From Octopus bimaculoides (taxonomy: Eukaryota), in NCBI RefSeq assembly GCF_001194135.2, contig NC_069000.1, positions 15,032,737 to 15,096,736 of the forward strand: a DNA stretch of 64,000 nt. The letters run 5' to 3'. This document shows positions 38,926 through 49,677 of this stretch, one piece after another (position 1 is the first letter of the stretch; the number at the start of each line of letters is the position of its first letter). The notes under the pieces were generated by a model. That model was not told where the DNA came from. It was given only the letters and a program-made list of their open reading frames with translations, and did not search any database. Made by a program: the position numbers and the translations under genes.

Positions 38926-39716
38926 CAATGGTTCTCAACCATTTTTTTTGCCTATAGCCCCTTTTGATTCCTATTATATTCCATTGGACCCTAATAAACA
39001 TTTAATGTTCAGAAAAAGTCCCGTTATATTTTTATACTGATATATCATTATTGTATGAAAAAGAAAAGTTAAAATGTTTTGTGTTTTGTTGAAGGATAAG
39101 ATTTAAGCTGTTACAATTTATATGCAATAGATTGGTTATGCTCTTACAAAACACAAGATATTTTAACAATTTGTTTTTTATTCAGTGCCTAATAATAGCT
39201 AATTAGTGGAGGTGCAATGGCCCAGTGGTTAGGGCAGCGGACTCGCGGTCATAGGATCGCGGTTTTGATTCCCAGACCGGGCGTTGTGAGTGTTTATTGA
39301 GCAAAAACACCTAAAGCTCCACGAGGCTCTGGCAGGGGATGGTGACAAACCCTGCTGTACTCTTCCACCACAACTTTCTCTCACTCTTACTTCCTGTTTC
39401 TGTTGTGTCTGTAATTCAAAGGGTCAGCCTTGTCACACTGTGTCACACTGAATATCCCCGAGAACTACGTTAAGGGTACACGTGTCTGTGGAGTGCTCAG
39501 CCACTTACACGTTAATTTCATGAGCAGGCTGTTCCGTTGATCGGATCAACTGGAACCCTCGACGTCGTAAGTGATGGAGTGCCAACAACAACAACAAATA
39601 ATAGCTAATTATACAAATATAATAAGATTTTTAGACATCGATTGGCTAGGGGTCTCCATCTGAGTAAAATTGGAATCAAAGGGGTCCATAGCTTAAAAAA
39701 TGGTTAAAAAACACTG
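38926..39716. mobile_element. hAT/Charlie-like MITE interrupted by a SINE
   Basis: Termini CAATGGTTCTCAACCATTTTTT...CCCCTTTTGATTCC / GGAATCAAAGGGG...AAAAAATGGTTAAAAAACACTG; 8-bp TSD no longer recognisable; an orphan right end of similar type at about 2050-2127. Confidence 0.7.
39206..39596 (+). mobile_element. SINE family B, full length with 15-bp target site duplication
   Basis: Head GGAGGTGCAATGGCCCAGTGGTTAGG, tail GGAGTGCC(AAC)n; AATAATAGCTAATTA at 39191-39205 and 39597-39611. Partial copies at 5060-5312, 21325-21607, 21876-22069, about 63010-63110. Confidence 0.92.
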
Positions 39717-39804
39717 CTTTAACTTCATATCATCAAATTTGTAACAGTATAATATTATTCATTGTCACAGACTCTGCTTTTAATAAACATTAAAATACAT
39801 TTAT

Positions 39805-40019
39805 TTAACCTTTTGCCTATCGAAAGTATTTCCATAAGTTTTTCCTAAATATCCATGCTTGTTTTCAGATTTTTATTGAGCCCTTGTTTCATACGTTTTG
39901 AGTAATATAAAGCTTTCCTTTCATAAGTCCTCAGTAACTCTGGTGGCTCAAAATAAATTGAAAATGTGTATCATAAATGATGAATGAATGCCCGGTAAAT
40001 ATGACAGGCAAAGGGTTAA
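39805..40019. mobile_element. piggyBac-like MITE, second subfamily
   Basis: TTAACCTTTTGCCTA ... CAGGCAAAGGGTTAA inverted termini with TTAA. Confidence 0.6.
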
Positions 40020-41629
40020 ATTAAGTAAATCTAAGATATATATCTATATATAAATATAACTCCACCCATTCTTTTAATTCTAGCTTATTGTCATTTATTT
40101 AATTCTTTGCCGACTTTACTCATATTTTTTGCAATTCCTGCCATACCCTTGTTTTGTTTTTTGTTTTTTTACTTTTTTCCAGCTCCTCTTCTTCCCCTAC
40201 GAATTGCTTGCTTACCTCAAACAATTCCTTCTCGGACAAAGCCTTATTTCGGTTTGGTTCTTGGAATATTTACTGCATTGTTTAACTATTTAGTTTCTTT
40301 TCCCTTGCTTGCTTACTAACTCTTACTACTACTACTTACTACTACTACTACTACTACTAGGGCATGTGGTAATGAGTTTGTTGTTGGTGTTGAGGTCTAA
40401 ATCAGCTCTGATTGAGAAGACTTAAGATCAAAGTTAATCCACCAATGATTCTCTCAGCATTCTGTTGTACATTAGGTTTCTTGGACTATTGAATAAGCTT
40501 TCCTCTCTCTTCTTTTCAAAATGGTAACGGTATGGTGTGTGATTTGAAAGGCACAGGTGTGGCTGTGTGGTAAGAAGTTTGCTTCCCAACTACATAGTTC
40601 CAGGTTCAGTCCCACACTGCATGGCACCCTGGGGGTAAGTGTTTTCTACTATAGCCTTAGGCTGACCAAAGCCTGGTAAGTAGATTTGGTAGATTGAAAC
40701 CGAAAGAATCCAGTTAGTATATATATATATACATATATNNNNNNNNNNNNNNNNNNNNNNNNNNNNNNNNNNNNNNNNNNNNNNNNNNNNNNNNNNNNNN
40801 NNNNNNNNNNNNNNNNNNNNNNNNNNNNNNNNNNNNNNNNNNNNNNNNNNNNNNNNNNNNNNNNNNNNNNNNNNNNNNNNNNNNNNNNNNNNNNNNNNNN
40901 NNNNNNNNNNNNNNNNNNNNNNNNNNNNNNNNNNNNNNNNNNNNNNNNNNNNNNNNNNNNNNNNNNNNNNNNNNNNNNNNNNNNNNNNNNNNNNNNNNNN
41001 NNNNNNNNNNNNNNNNNNNNNNNNNNNNNNNNNNNNNNNNNNNNNNNNNNNNNNNNNNNNNNNNNNNNNNNNNNNNNNNNNNNNNNNNNNNNNNNNNNNN
41101 NNNNNNNNNNNNNNNNNNNNNNNNNNNNNNNNNNNNNNNNNNNNNNNNNNNNNNNNNNNNNNNNNNNNNNNNNNNNNNNNNNNNNNNNNNNNNNNNNNNN
41201 NNNNNNNNNNNNNNNNNNNNNNNNNNNNNNNNNNNNNNNNNNNNNNNNNNNNNNNNNNNNNNNNNNNNNNNNNNNNNNNNNNNNNNNNNNNNNNNNNNNN
41301 NNNNNNNNNNNNNNNNNNNNNNNNNNNNNNNNNNNNNNNNNNNNNNNNNNNNNNNNNNNNNNNNNNNNNNNNNNNNNNNNNNNNNNNNNNNNNNNNNNNN
41401 NNNNNNNNNNNNNNNNNNNNNNNNNNNNNNNNNNNNNNNATATATATATATATATATATATACGGCGGGCTTCTTTCAGTTTCCGTCTACCAAATCCACT
41501 CACAAGGCTTTGGTCTGCCTGAGGCTATAGTAGAAGGCACTTCCCCAAGGTGCCATGCAGTGGGATTGAACCCAGAACCATGTGGTTGGTAAGCAAGCTA
41601 CTTACCACACAACCACTCCTACGCCCAAT

Positions 41630-41778
41630 TAGTAAAGTTTATTTGCCAACATAATGTGGCAGTCCTGACTAGGATTGGTTTATCGATACAGCTGGAAAAG
41701 ATGTTTTCCTGGGGTTAAAATGTAGTAACATAATCCTAGTCAGGGCTACCACGTTATGTTGGCAAATAAACTTTACTA
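41630..41778. mobile_element. 149-bp MITE with 47-bp TIRs and TA ends
   Basis: 41630-41676 is the reverse complement of 41732-41778 with 3 mismatches. Confidence 0.85.
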
Positions 41779-42001
41779 TCCAGGACTCTTACTACATAAA
41801 TTTAAAACTAGTTGTTTCTCTCCTTAAAATAATTAGTTGGGTCTATTTCTCCGACTAAGATTCTCCTCCAAGGTGGTGCCCCAGCATGGTCTTAGTCTAA
41901 TAACTGAGACGGGTAAAAAAGATGAAAGAAACCATACTGAGATGGGCCAAACCTGGCCCATCTCAGTAAGGCAGGATACTCTGGAGCGTTATTAGTTTGA
42001 T

Positions 42002-42594
42002 TACAACTTTGGGATCTATTTTAAACGGGGGCCCACATTTTTCATTAATGTTTTACGTAGTGTTTTGGTACGGAAAGACTTTCAAACTTCGTATACTTAT
42101 CTATTTTGTGTTATAGAACAGAAAAATATTTTTGTATTCAAATTTATTTCATGTAAAAAATTGTCTTATTTCGATAATTTCAACCAATCACTGACAAGTA
42201 TTCAGTTGTTTACATTTACTCCTTTGGCTGATTAAGCGATGTAAAGCGTATTTAATCTCCATACCTTCGTTTTATTTGCTTTTTTCATTTCAGATTTGCT
42301 TTAACCCTAACCCTAACCCTAGGGTTAAGGTTAGGGTTAGGGTTAATTGTTTCAGAATCGTTTGTTTATGTAGTTGGCACTTAATGTATATCGGCTGAAT
42401 GGACGTCAGTGATTGGTTGAAATTACAGAAATACGACAACTTTGACATGGAATAACTTATGGATTTCTTTTTTTTTTAAGAAGACTAAGAGAAAAAGATG
42501 TTTTATATGACACATTCTACCAGTGTTCCAAGTTTCAAAGTGTTTCGTTAATGAAAAATGTGGCCCCCGTTTTAAAAAAGATCCCAACTTTGTA
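42002..42594. mobile_element. Fold-back MITE with TA ends and central inverted telomeric repeats
   Basis: About 47-bp TIRs (TACAA..TTGGGATCT.TTTT.AAACGGGGGCC.ACATTTTTCATTAA), inverted internal blocks (ATTTCAACCAATCACTGAC / GTCAGTGATTGGTTGAAAT), centre TTAACCCTAACCCTAACCCT|AGGGTTAAGGTTAGGGTTAGGGTTAA at 42301-42346. Confidence 0.88.
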
Positions 42595-43264
42595 CTATAC
42601 ATAAATAAAAATCATCAATAATTAATTATAAAGCAAGTTCTTCTGCATGCAGTAGTCATCTCTACCTCCGCATTGTACCTATTTGCAGCTTAAGGCTATT
42701 GAGTAGTTTGGTGTTTTGGCTGGGAAGATTGCAACACTGGTGCTAAGATCAATTGTGGATTAGACCAGATAATCTGGCAGGTGGAGTGGTTATAACAGTA
42801 GAGAGTAGATTTTTTTGTTTTGTTTTGTTTTGTTCTGAATTCACATATCGTTATGCTTAAACTCTGTTATGCTTTCATTTTTGTGGGATTACTGGTATAA
42901 GTACCAATCAAGTCAATAAAAGTCAACATTATGGTTGAAGGGAAAATACCTGAGAGGTGGGTTCTGCATGGTCAATACAAATATGGTGGGTGTCTCAGGT
43001 ATGTAATTAAGTGAGATGAACAACTTCAATCAACTGAGATAATTCAAATAATTAGTAAAGAGAAACTCTTCCTTATGGGGGTTTAAATCTTAAAAAAAGA
43101 GGGAGATAACTCAAAGCAGGTCAGAGGAGTTAAATTTTTAGACAATATAGACAATGCATATTAGATGGATTCAATCTTTACAGCCAAATAGTGAAAACAA
43201 TAGACAACATGTTTCAGCCTTACTTGACTTCCACAGAGAAACACACTGTATTCACTTGGTAAAA

Positions 43265-43533
43265 CTGTTATTTTTTAGCTATTTTTTTTACAATTTGTAA
43301 GACTTATTTTTTTAGATATTTTTTTTTTACAATTTGTAAGATTGTTATTTTTTAGCTATTTTTTTTTACAATTTGTAAGACTTATATTTTAGCTATTTTT
43401 TTTACAATTTGTAAGACTTTTGTTTTTAAGCTATTTTTTTACAATTTGTAAGACTTATTTTTTTATTCACAATTTGTAAGACTTATTTTTTAGCTATTTT
43501 TTTTACAATTTGTAAGACTGTTATTTTTTAGAT
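43265..43533 (+). repeat. AT-rich minisatellite, unit about 36-39 bp, 7 copies
   Basis: Repeated TTATTTTTTAGCTATTTTTTTTACAATTTGTAAGAC with variable T runs. Confidence 0.9.
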
Positions 43534-44625
43534 TCCCAATTGATGGACTGCAGTCCATCCTCCTTTATCACCATACAGTTCTTACTCTCTTCATATACCA
43601 TGCCTTTTTCTCTCTTCCCTATCCATTTCTTCAACCTGCCCAGCATCATTCTTCTCTTGTCCGCCGTTTCATCATTACTATTCTGCTGTTCAGCATTGTT
43701 ATTTACCTCCTACTCCCCCACTTCTATTGCTTTCTGGTTCTCTGGTTCCATTTGCTCACTCTTACCCTCTCTTAGAAAATGAGAGCAGTCATATAGCTTC
43801 TTTACAACAAGAAACCTTTTTTCTCTTTGGCCCCTTCTGTCATACTTTTACCCATCTTTTGCCCTTCATCTCCTAGCATAATAATGCTTTCTTGGGGTTT
43901 GTAGTGTTGCAAACTGCATGACAGTCTCACTATTGTTGGTGGCTCAAAAAAAAAACATGCACCCAGTACTTGCTGTAACATGTTTGTTGTAAGAAAAGGT
44001 ACCCAGCCATAGAAACCTTGCCAAAGCAGACACTGGAGCACAAAGCAGTTCTTGACCCCATTGGATCCTGATAAACTGGCCAGTCCATGTCAGCATGGAA
44101 CATGTACTTTAACTACTACTACTACTACTATTGATGATGATAGGGTGGTGGATTGGCAGAAATTTTGGAGTGTTAGACAAAATGACCTGTGCTAAGTAGT
44201 TAGGGGCACTTACATTCTAAGTTCAAAGCTATGAAGGTCAGCTTTAGTTTTCATCCTTTCAGGTTTGATAAAATAAAATACCAGTCAAATGCTTACTTGT
44301 AAGGATGAAGAAGATGGTAGCAACTACACCCACTCAAAAATTGCTGGCCTTGGGTCTAAACCAGAAACCATTACTACTAACTACTGTTTCTATTGATACT
44401 AATACAATAAAGTACTCAATACTGTTTACCGATGTTACTTTTGTTACTATTGTTGTCGGTGCTGCTTTTATTAATACTGAAACTACTACTACTACTACTG
44501 CTGTTATTATGACTAATACTATTGATAATGTGTTTGTTTTGTTGATTTACTTACACATGTACATCTATCTGTGTACAGATATATGTGTGAGCACATATGG
44601 ACTCTCTCTCTCACAGAGCTGATGA

Positions 44626-44678
<53 letters not shown>

Positions 44679-45058
44679 GTTTACACACACATAGGAAGCA
44701 GCTTATTTTGGTCTCTTCAGCATGTAACATTTTTTTATCACAACCTGTTGATAACATTGTCCATGATATAAGTGGCTTCCACCACTCTGTGTGTGTGTGC
44801 GTGACATTACAAGCACTAATCTAGGACAGAAACAAGAGCCTATGGGAGTGGGTAATTTGGGGCTCAAGTAATATGTCAGTCTATCTTCTATATAAATTAA
44901 TGGTAACATATTTTGAATTGATGAATGAAAAGTAATGTGAATGAATGACTCACTCATATTAATTACTTGAGCAAACATGGGAGCCAACTCCAGACATGTT
45001 TCTCCTTTGTTATAACCTCATCAGTGAAATACTTCCTGAAGTATTGACAGAAGAATTA

Positions 45059-45635
45059 TTAACCCTTTAGCATTCAAATTAGTTAATCAAATATAATACT
45101 TATTTATTCACATTGTTCTAAATTAACCATGCAATATCTCAGTTTTGAGATGTCAATGATGCAATTGTTTATTTTTAGAATGGCATTGTAAGGTCAGTGT
45201 GAGAGGCTGGATCTGGCTAGTCTGAACATAAAACAGGTAGAATATTAGTGTCAGATATGACCAGTTTAAAAGCTAAAGGTTGAAGTAAATGTACAAGATT
45301 GGCATACAGGAAATATAATTGATTAAAAAGTAATAACTGTTGTTCTATTTGTTCTCCAGAATATTCTTCACCGAGGACAAAAACAATTCTTCTTTGTTGC
45401 TCTTGTTTTAACCATTTAGCATTTGGATTATTCTGTCAAATGTGATGTTTATTTATCCACATTGTTTTGAAATAATAATGCATTATCTCAAAGCTTCAAG
45501 ATTTCATTGGTGCAATTGCTTATTTGTAGAATGACATTGTAGGGTAGGTGCGATAGGCCAGATTAGTCCAGTTTGAACATAAAACCGGTGGGATATTTGA
45601 GTTGGATATGGCCTGTTGAAATACTGAAAGGTTAA
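45059..45635. mobile_element. Two piggyBac-like MITE copies (45059-45283 and 45408-45635)
   Basis: Both start TTAACC(C/A)TTTAGCATT and end AAAGGTT(G/A)A; internally similar to each other and to the reverse of 1794-1988; the second ends 35 nt before the exon 7 acceptor. Confidence 0.75.
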
Positions 45636-45670
45636 ATATTTGAGAAGTACCTTTACGTTTTCCTTTGCAG

Positions 45671-45788
45671 TGCATCTTTACGCCGCAGCAGCATGAGAGG
45701 TGAGAAGAGTGCCTTATTCATGAAGGAAGCTAAAGAAGAAGCAGCTCATTTTGGTGTGATAGACCTAAATTCTTCCAACCATATTGCT
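45671..45788 (+). CDS. PPP1R16A: PPP1R16A/B-like coding exon 7
   Basis: tcctttgcag|T GCA...GCT|gtaagt; 118 nt; (S)ASLRRSSMRGEKSALFMKEAKEEAAHFGVIDLNSSNHIA; RRSS...KE..EEA resembles the TIMAP/MYPT3 post-ankyrin segment. Confidence 0.88.
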
Positions 45789-47118
45789 GTAAGTCTTTGT
45801 CGTTATTGTTCATCCTCAGTGCAACCCATTAGAGTTGACCTTTGTCATACAGTTCTCTCAAATCATTCGGGTACATATGTGTGTCAATAGCGTGTTCTAA
45901 AATTTGAAATGTAAAAACATGCAATTTCCTCAACCACCACCACCTCAACATTTTAAACATACTTGGAGCATTGTTGTAAGGTTAAGAAGTTTACTTCCCA
46001 ACCATATGGTTTCAGGTTCAGTCCCAGTCATTTACTACTATAGTTGCAGGCATGGCTGAGTGGTAAGAAAGTTGCTTCTCAACCACACATGGTTCTGGGT
46101 TTGGTGTCACCGTGTGACATCTTGGGCAAGTGCCTTCTTCTATAACCTTGGGCTGACCAAAGCTTTGTGAGTGGATTTGGTAGATGGAAATTAAAAGAAG
46201 CCCGTTGTGTGTGTGTGTATATATATATATATATGTGTGTGTGTATGTATGTGTGTCAGGTCGCTCTTCAGTGCTACTGGTAACATGTAATCCAGTACAA
46301 CCTTTTGCATGGTTGGGTCGTCGGCGACTAAACTGGCAACCCCACCAGGCTTGCTTGGTGAGGAGGGTGTTGTTGGACACCCTGCAGGACAAAAAATAAG
46401 ACCTGTCAAAGGGCGGATGAACTCTTGAACAGTCAACGACAATCCAACAAAATGTCTGTAAATGTGTATATATATGGGTGTATGTATATGTATGAATGTC
46501 TGTAAATATGTATATATAAATAATTTTAATTTCATATATATATATATATTATTTTTTATCTTTTATATTATATTTATATTATTTTTTATCTTTTTATTTA
46601 TTTTTTTCATGAATGAGCTGCTCCACATTGGTCACCGGAGTGATATTTGATGTATATGTATGTATACATCTGTGTGTGTGTATCTTTGTGTCTGTTTGTC
46701 CCCCTCCGCACCAACTGCTTGAAAACTGGTGTTGGTGAGATTATGTCCCCATAACTTTAGCTGTTCAGCAAAAGAGACCGATAGAATAAGTACTAGGCTT
46801 AAAAAAACGTAAATCCTGAGTTTGATTTGTTTGACTAAAAAAAAAAAAAATGCATGCAAGGCAGTGCTCCAGCATGGCTGCAGTCAAATGACTGAAACAG
46901 GTAAAAGAAAAATACACATTGTATGGATATTTCTCTTGTGTTTGCAGTGAATCTTTAAATAAAGACATACAACAACCCTTCATAGGCATAAAAAACCATT
47001 ACAGAGCTACATTTATTTATAAGTGTTTAACCATTTTATTTTAATTCATCTTCAGAATGCCATTTTCTATTGTATAAACTTAACTCTAGTTCGATGTATT
47101 ATCTTATATTTTTGGCAG

Positions 47119-48780
47119 GAGGAAGATGACGATGATGATGATGAAGAGGATGACTATTTAGGTGTGACTAGTGTTGACGACGTAGAACTGATAATGGACG
47201 ATATGAAAGAAAACAATGTTCCCCAGTTGCCTGACTTGGTCTCTCAGAAATCTTACCAAAATGGTGACACAACGAATGAGTGTAATCGGCTGAAATCTTC
47301 TGACAGTTTCCACTCCAAAATATCTGAGGTTGTTCTAATGACTCAAAAATCCAGATCACAAGGAAGAGACTCACCAACTGTTACTTCTTCGTCAAACAGA
47401 AACAAACCAACTGTTACATCTCCGTCAAATACCCCACGTCAAACACCTCTTACGAATTCAAAGGAAAGTATAAATAGTAGTAGAAATTCATTAAAAGACT
47501 CAAAGAAATCAATTCCTTTAGAGACAAATATAGATCATGCAATTAAGCGAGTAGGTCCAACATCCCCTGATGTTTCAGCTCTAGCTAAAAGATTCAACTC
47601 AATGTCTTCTTACACAAATGATAGCAAACCTTTGGAAACAGTTCTTGGAAGACCAGTTGCAAATTCCGGGCTAAATTCCAACCAAAGTTCTAAAACATCA
47701 TTGAAAGAGAATAGAAACCCATCTGCTGAGGTTTCTCAAAGAAAGAATAACAGTAACAACACTGCTGCCAATCAGAGTTTGGAGAATTCTTCAAATGCCA
47801 ACTGGACGCTTCAGGTGAATAAATCTGCCAGTAATTCACTTAAACGACAGTCAAATAACAAAATGGTTAACGGCGCCGAGTTGAAAGAAAAATCTTTGTC
47901 TCAGTCAAGCAAAAGAGCAGCCCCTGTGAAAACACCTGCTGCTCCATCGGACGTATCTCAGAGTATGAAAGCACCCATTCCAGCAAGTCGCTCGGCGGCA
48001 TCAAAATCCTCTAATATTTCGACACCCACTTTAAGTAACTCACGTTTAAAAGATGACAGACATGGTAATAATGTGAAGGGTCCAACAAATTCTGCTGCAG
48101 CTTCAAGTAAAGCATCGAATTTCGCGACAAGCTCCACCTCGAGACCGATAGATGTTCGAATTCCTTTTAGAAACACTGATGACAATGCGAACACTCAGTT
48201 CGAGGAAGGTGGAGGGAAGGATTCCATGAGAAAAGAAACAGATTCGAAATCGGTGCATCTTGAAGAAAAATTACCTGCTAACATTCCAAATGAGCTAGAC
48301 AATTCTTCCAGACCCATACCTACATCAGATACTGAGGGTACACCTGCTGCGGCAAAAGGGTTGCCCCAGCTAGAGCAACGGTATCCAACAAATAGAACAG
48401 CTGGCTGTACATTAAGTGATCTGAAACGTCAAAGACAGGCCAACTACAATCGCCGTGGTAGCAATGGGAGTGGAGCTAGTATGGAGAGGCTTGCGCTGAC
48501 TGGAGAAAACACCAAGACGATCTTATCGAATTTACCTAGTAATTCTTCTGTCCATATGCAATCAAACTGGCAGGAAAGGCATGATTCTCCAGCGTTATCC
48601 AGCAAATTTCCAGCTCATGCTCCCAGTAGTGCTGCCCCGGCCCCGGCTACAATAGGAAATTACAGTACTTGGTCATCTTCTATGTCAAATGGAAATGACA
48701 CTATTTCTAAATACTCAGCACCATCAACCGTTCAGGTTGTGGGAGATGAGGAGAAGAAGTGCTGTTGTGTAATTATGTAA
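47119..48780 (+). CDS. PPP1R16A: PPP1R16A/B-like terminal coding exon (553 aa, Ser/Asn-rich tail ending in CAAX)
   Basis: tttggcag|GAG GAA GAT..., phase 0, same frame as ORF 47023..48780; contains TLSDLKRQR and ends EEKKCCCVIM-TAA. Visible exons sum to 2478 nt = 825 codons plus stop. Confidence 0.92.
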   Translation, partial: EEDDDDDDEEDDYLGVTSVDDVELIMDDMKENNVPQLPDLVSQKSYQNGDTTNECNRLKSSDSFHSKISEVVLMTQKSRSQGRDSPTVTSSSNRNKPTVTSPSNTPRQTPLTNSKESINSSRNSLKDSKKSIPLETNIDHAIKRVGPTSPDVSALAKRFNSMSSYTNDSKPLETVLGRPVANSGLNSNQSSKTSLKENRNPSAEVSQRKNNSNNTAANQSLENSSNANWTLQVNKSASNSLKRQSNNKMVNGAELKEKSLSQSSKRAAPVKTPAAPSDVSQSMKAPIPASRSAASKSSNISTPTLSNSRLKDDRHGNNVKGPTNSAAASSKASNFATSSTSRPIDVRIPFRNTDDNANTQFEEGGGKDSMRKETDSKSVHLEEKLPANIPNELDNSSRPIPTSDTEGTPAAAKGLPQLEQRYPTNRTAGCTLSDLKRQRQANYNRRGSNGSGASMERLALTGENTKTILSNLPSNSSVHMQSNWQERHDSPALSSKFPAHAPSSAAPAPATIGNYSTWSSSMSNGNDTISKYSAPSTVQVVGDEEKKCCCVIM

Positions 48781-49671
48781 TTATATGGAAACGGGGAAAG
48801 AAAAATGGTATAAAAAAAAAAAAAAAAAAAAAACCCTAAAAACAGAAAAAAATTTTTTTTTACTATTGAAAACAATGGAAAAGGAAAAAGAAACTGTCTT
48901 ACTTTGAATTCCCACCTCACTTTTACTTACACACATGTACACACATTTGTTCTTGTACAAAGCATAAATAATATTCCTCTTGTTTAATTTGTAATTTTAT
49001 TTTTCTACACCTTATCTTTAGGCATCTGATTATTCTGTCCCCTATTTTGACCGCTCTAAGATTCCTTCATTAACCGCTTTTTTCCATTTCTTTTGTATCC
49101 TTTGCACTTCCAAAAAAAATCCTAAGAGTATAACAATAGTAACAATAAACAAAACACTAGAAATATTATTTCTATTACAATGTTCTGCACCTCTTGCAAA
49201 AAAAAAAAGGAAAATATAATTAAAAACAACTATACATTCTACTATTTTTAATCTATTACAGTCTGTTAGCAAATTTCTTAGTATTTAATTTATCTAAAAC
49301 CTAAGTTAAATTTCGGTCTCCTTAATTTTTTTTTTTACATATTTTAAGGTGATTCTTGGATTTCATTTTCCTGTATTTTTTGTTTTTTTTTTGAGTGGTT
49401 GAAGATTCCGTGTGTGGAGGTGGGGTTTTGAGTAAATCAGAAGAGACTAGAGATTAAAGGAAGAATTAATTTTAGGATGTCCCTCTTCTCAAGTGGAAGC
49501 AGTTTTTTTTTTTATCAATTGTTGTTAAACTTCTTAAATCAGTTTGTCTAATACTTAAGTGTGATTTAATTCTTAACATGTGAATAACGAACTTCTCTCT
49601 GTTTCATAATCGATTAAATCTTCTATCATTTTAAATTAAGAACATTTTTATTTTTGTAATTCTTTAATTAA

Positions 49672-49677
49672 AATAAA
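49672..49677 (+). terminator. Candidate polyadenylation signal of the PPP1R16-like gene
   Basis: AATAAA about 0.9 kb after the stop, followed by a U/GU-rich tract; another AATAAA lies at 49144. Confidence 0.4.

Noticed and set aside
40553-41626. Inverted pair of family A SINE heads facing each other
   Set aside because: A 700-N gap separates them, so the arrangement could be a scaffolding artefact and cannot be evaluated.
42301-42346. Possible chromosome end-to-end fusion scar
   Set aside because: Repeat order is CCCTAA then TTAGGG, opposite to a fusion, and the tract is the centre of a TIR element.
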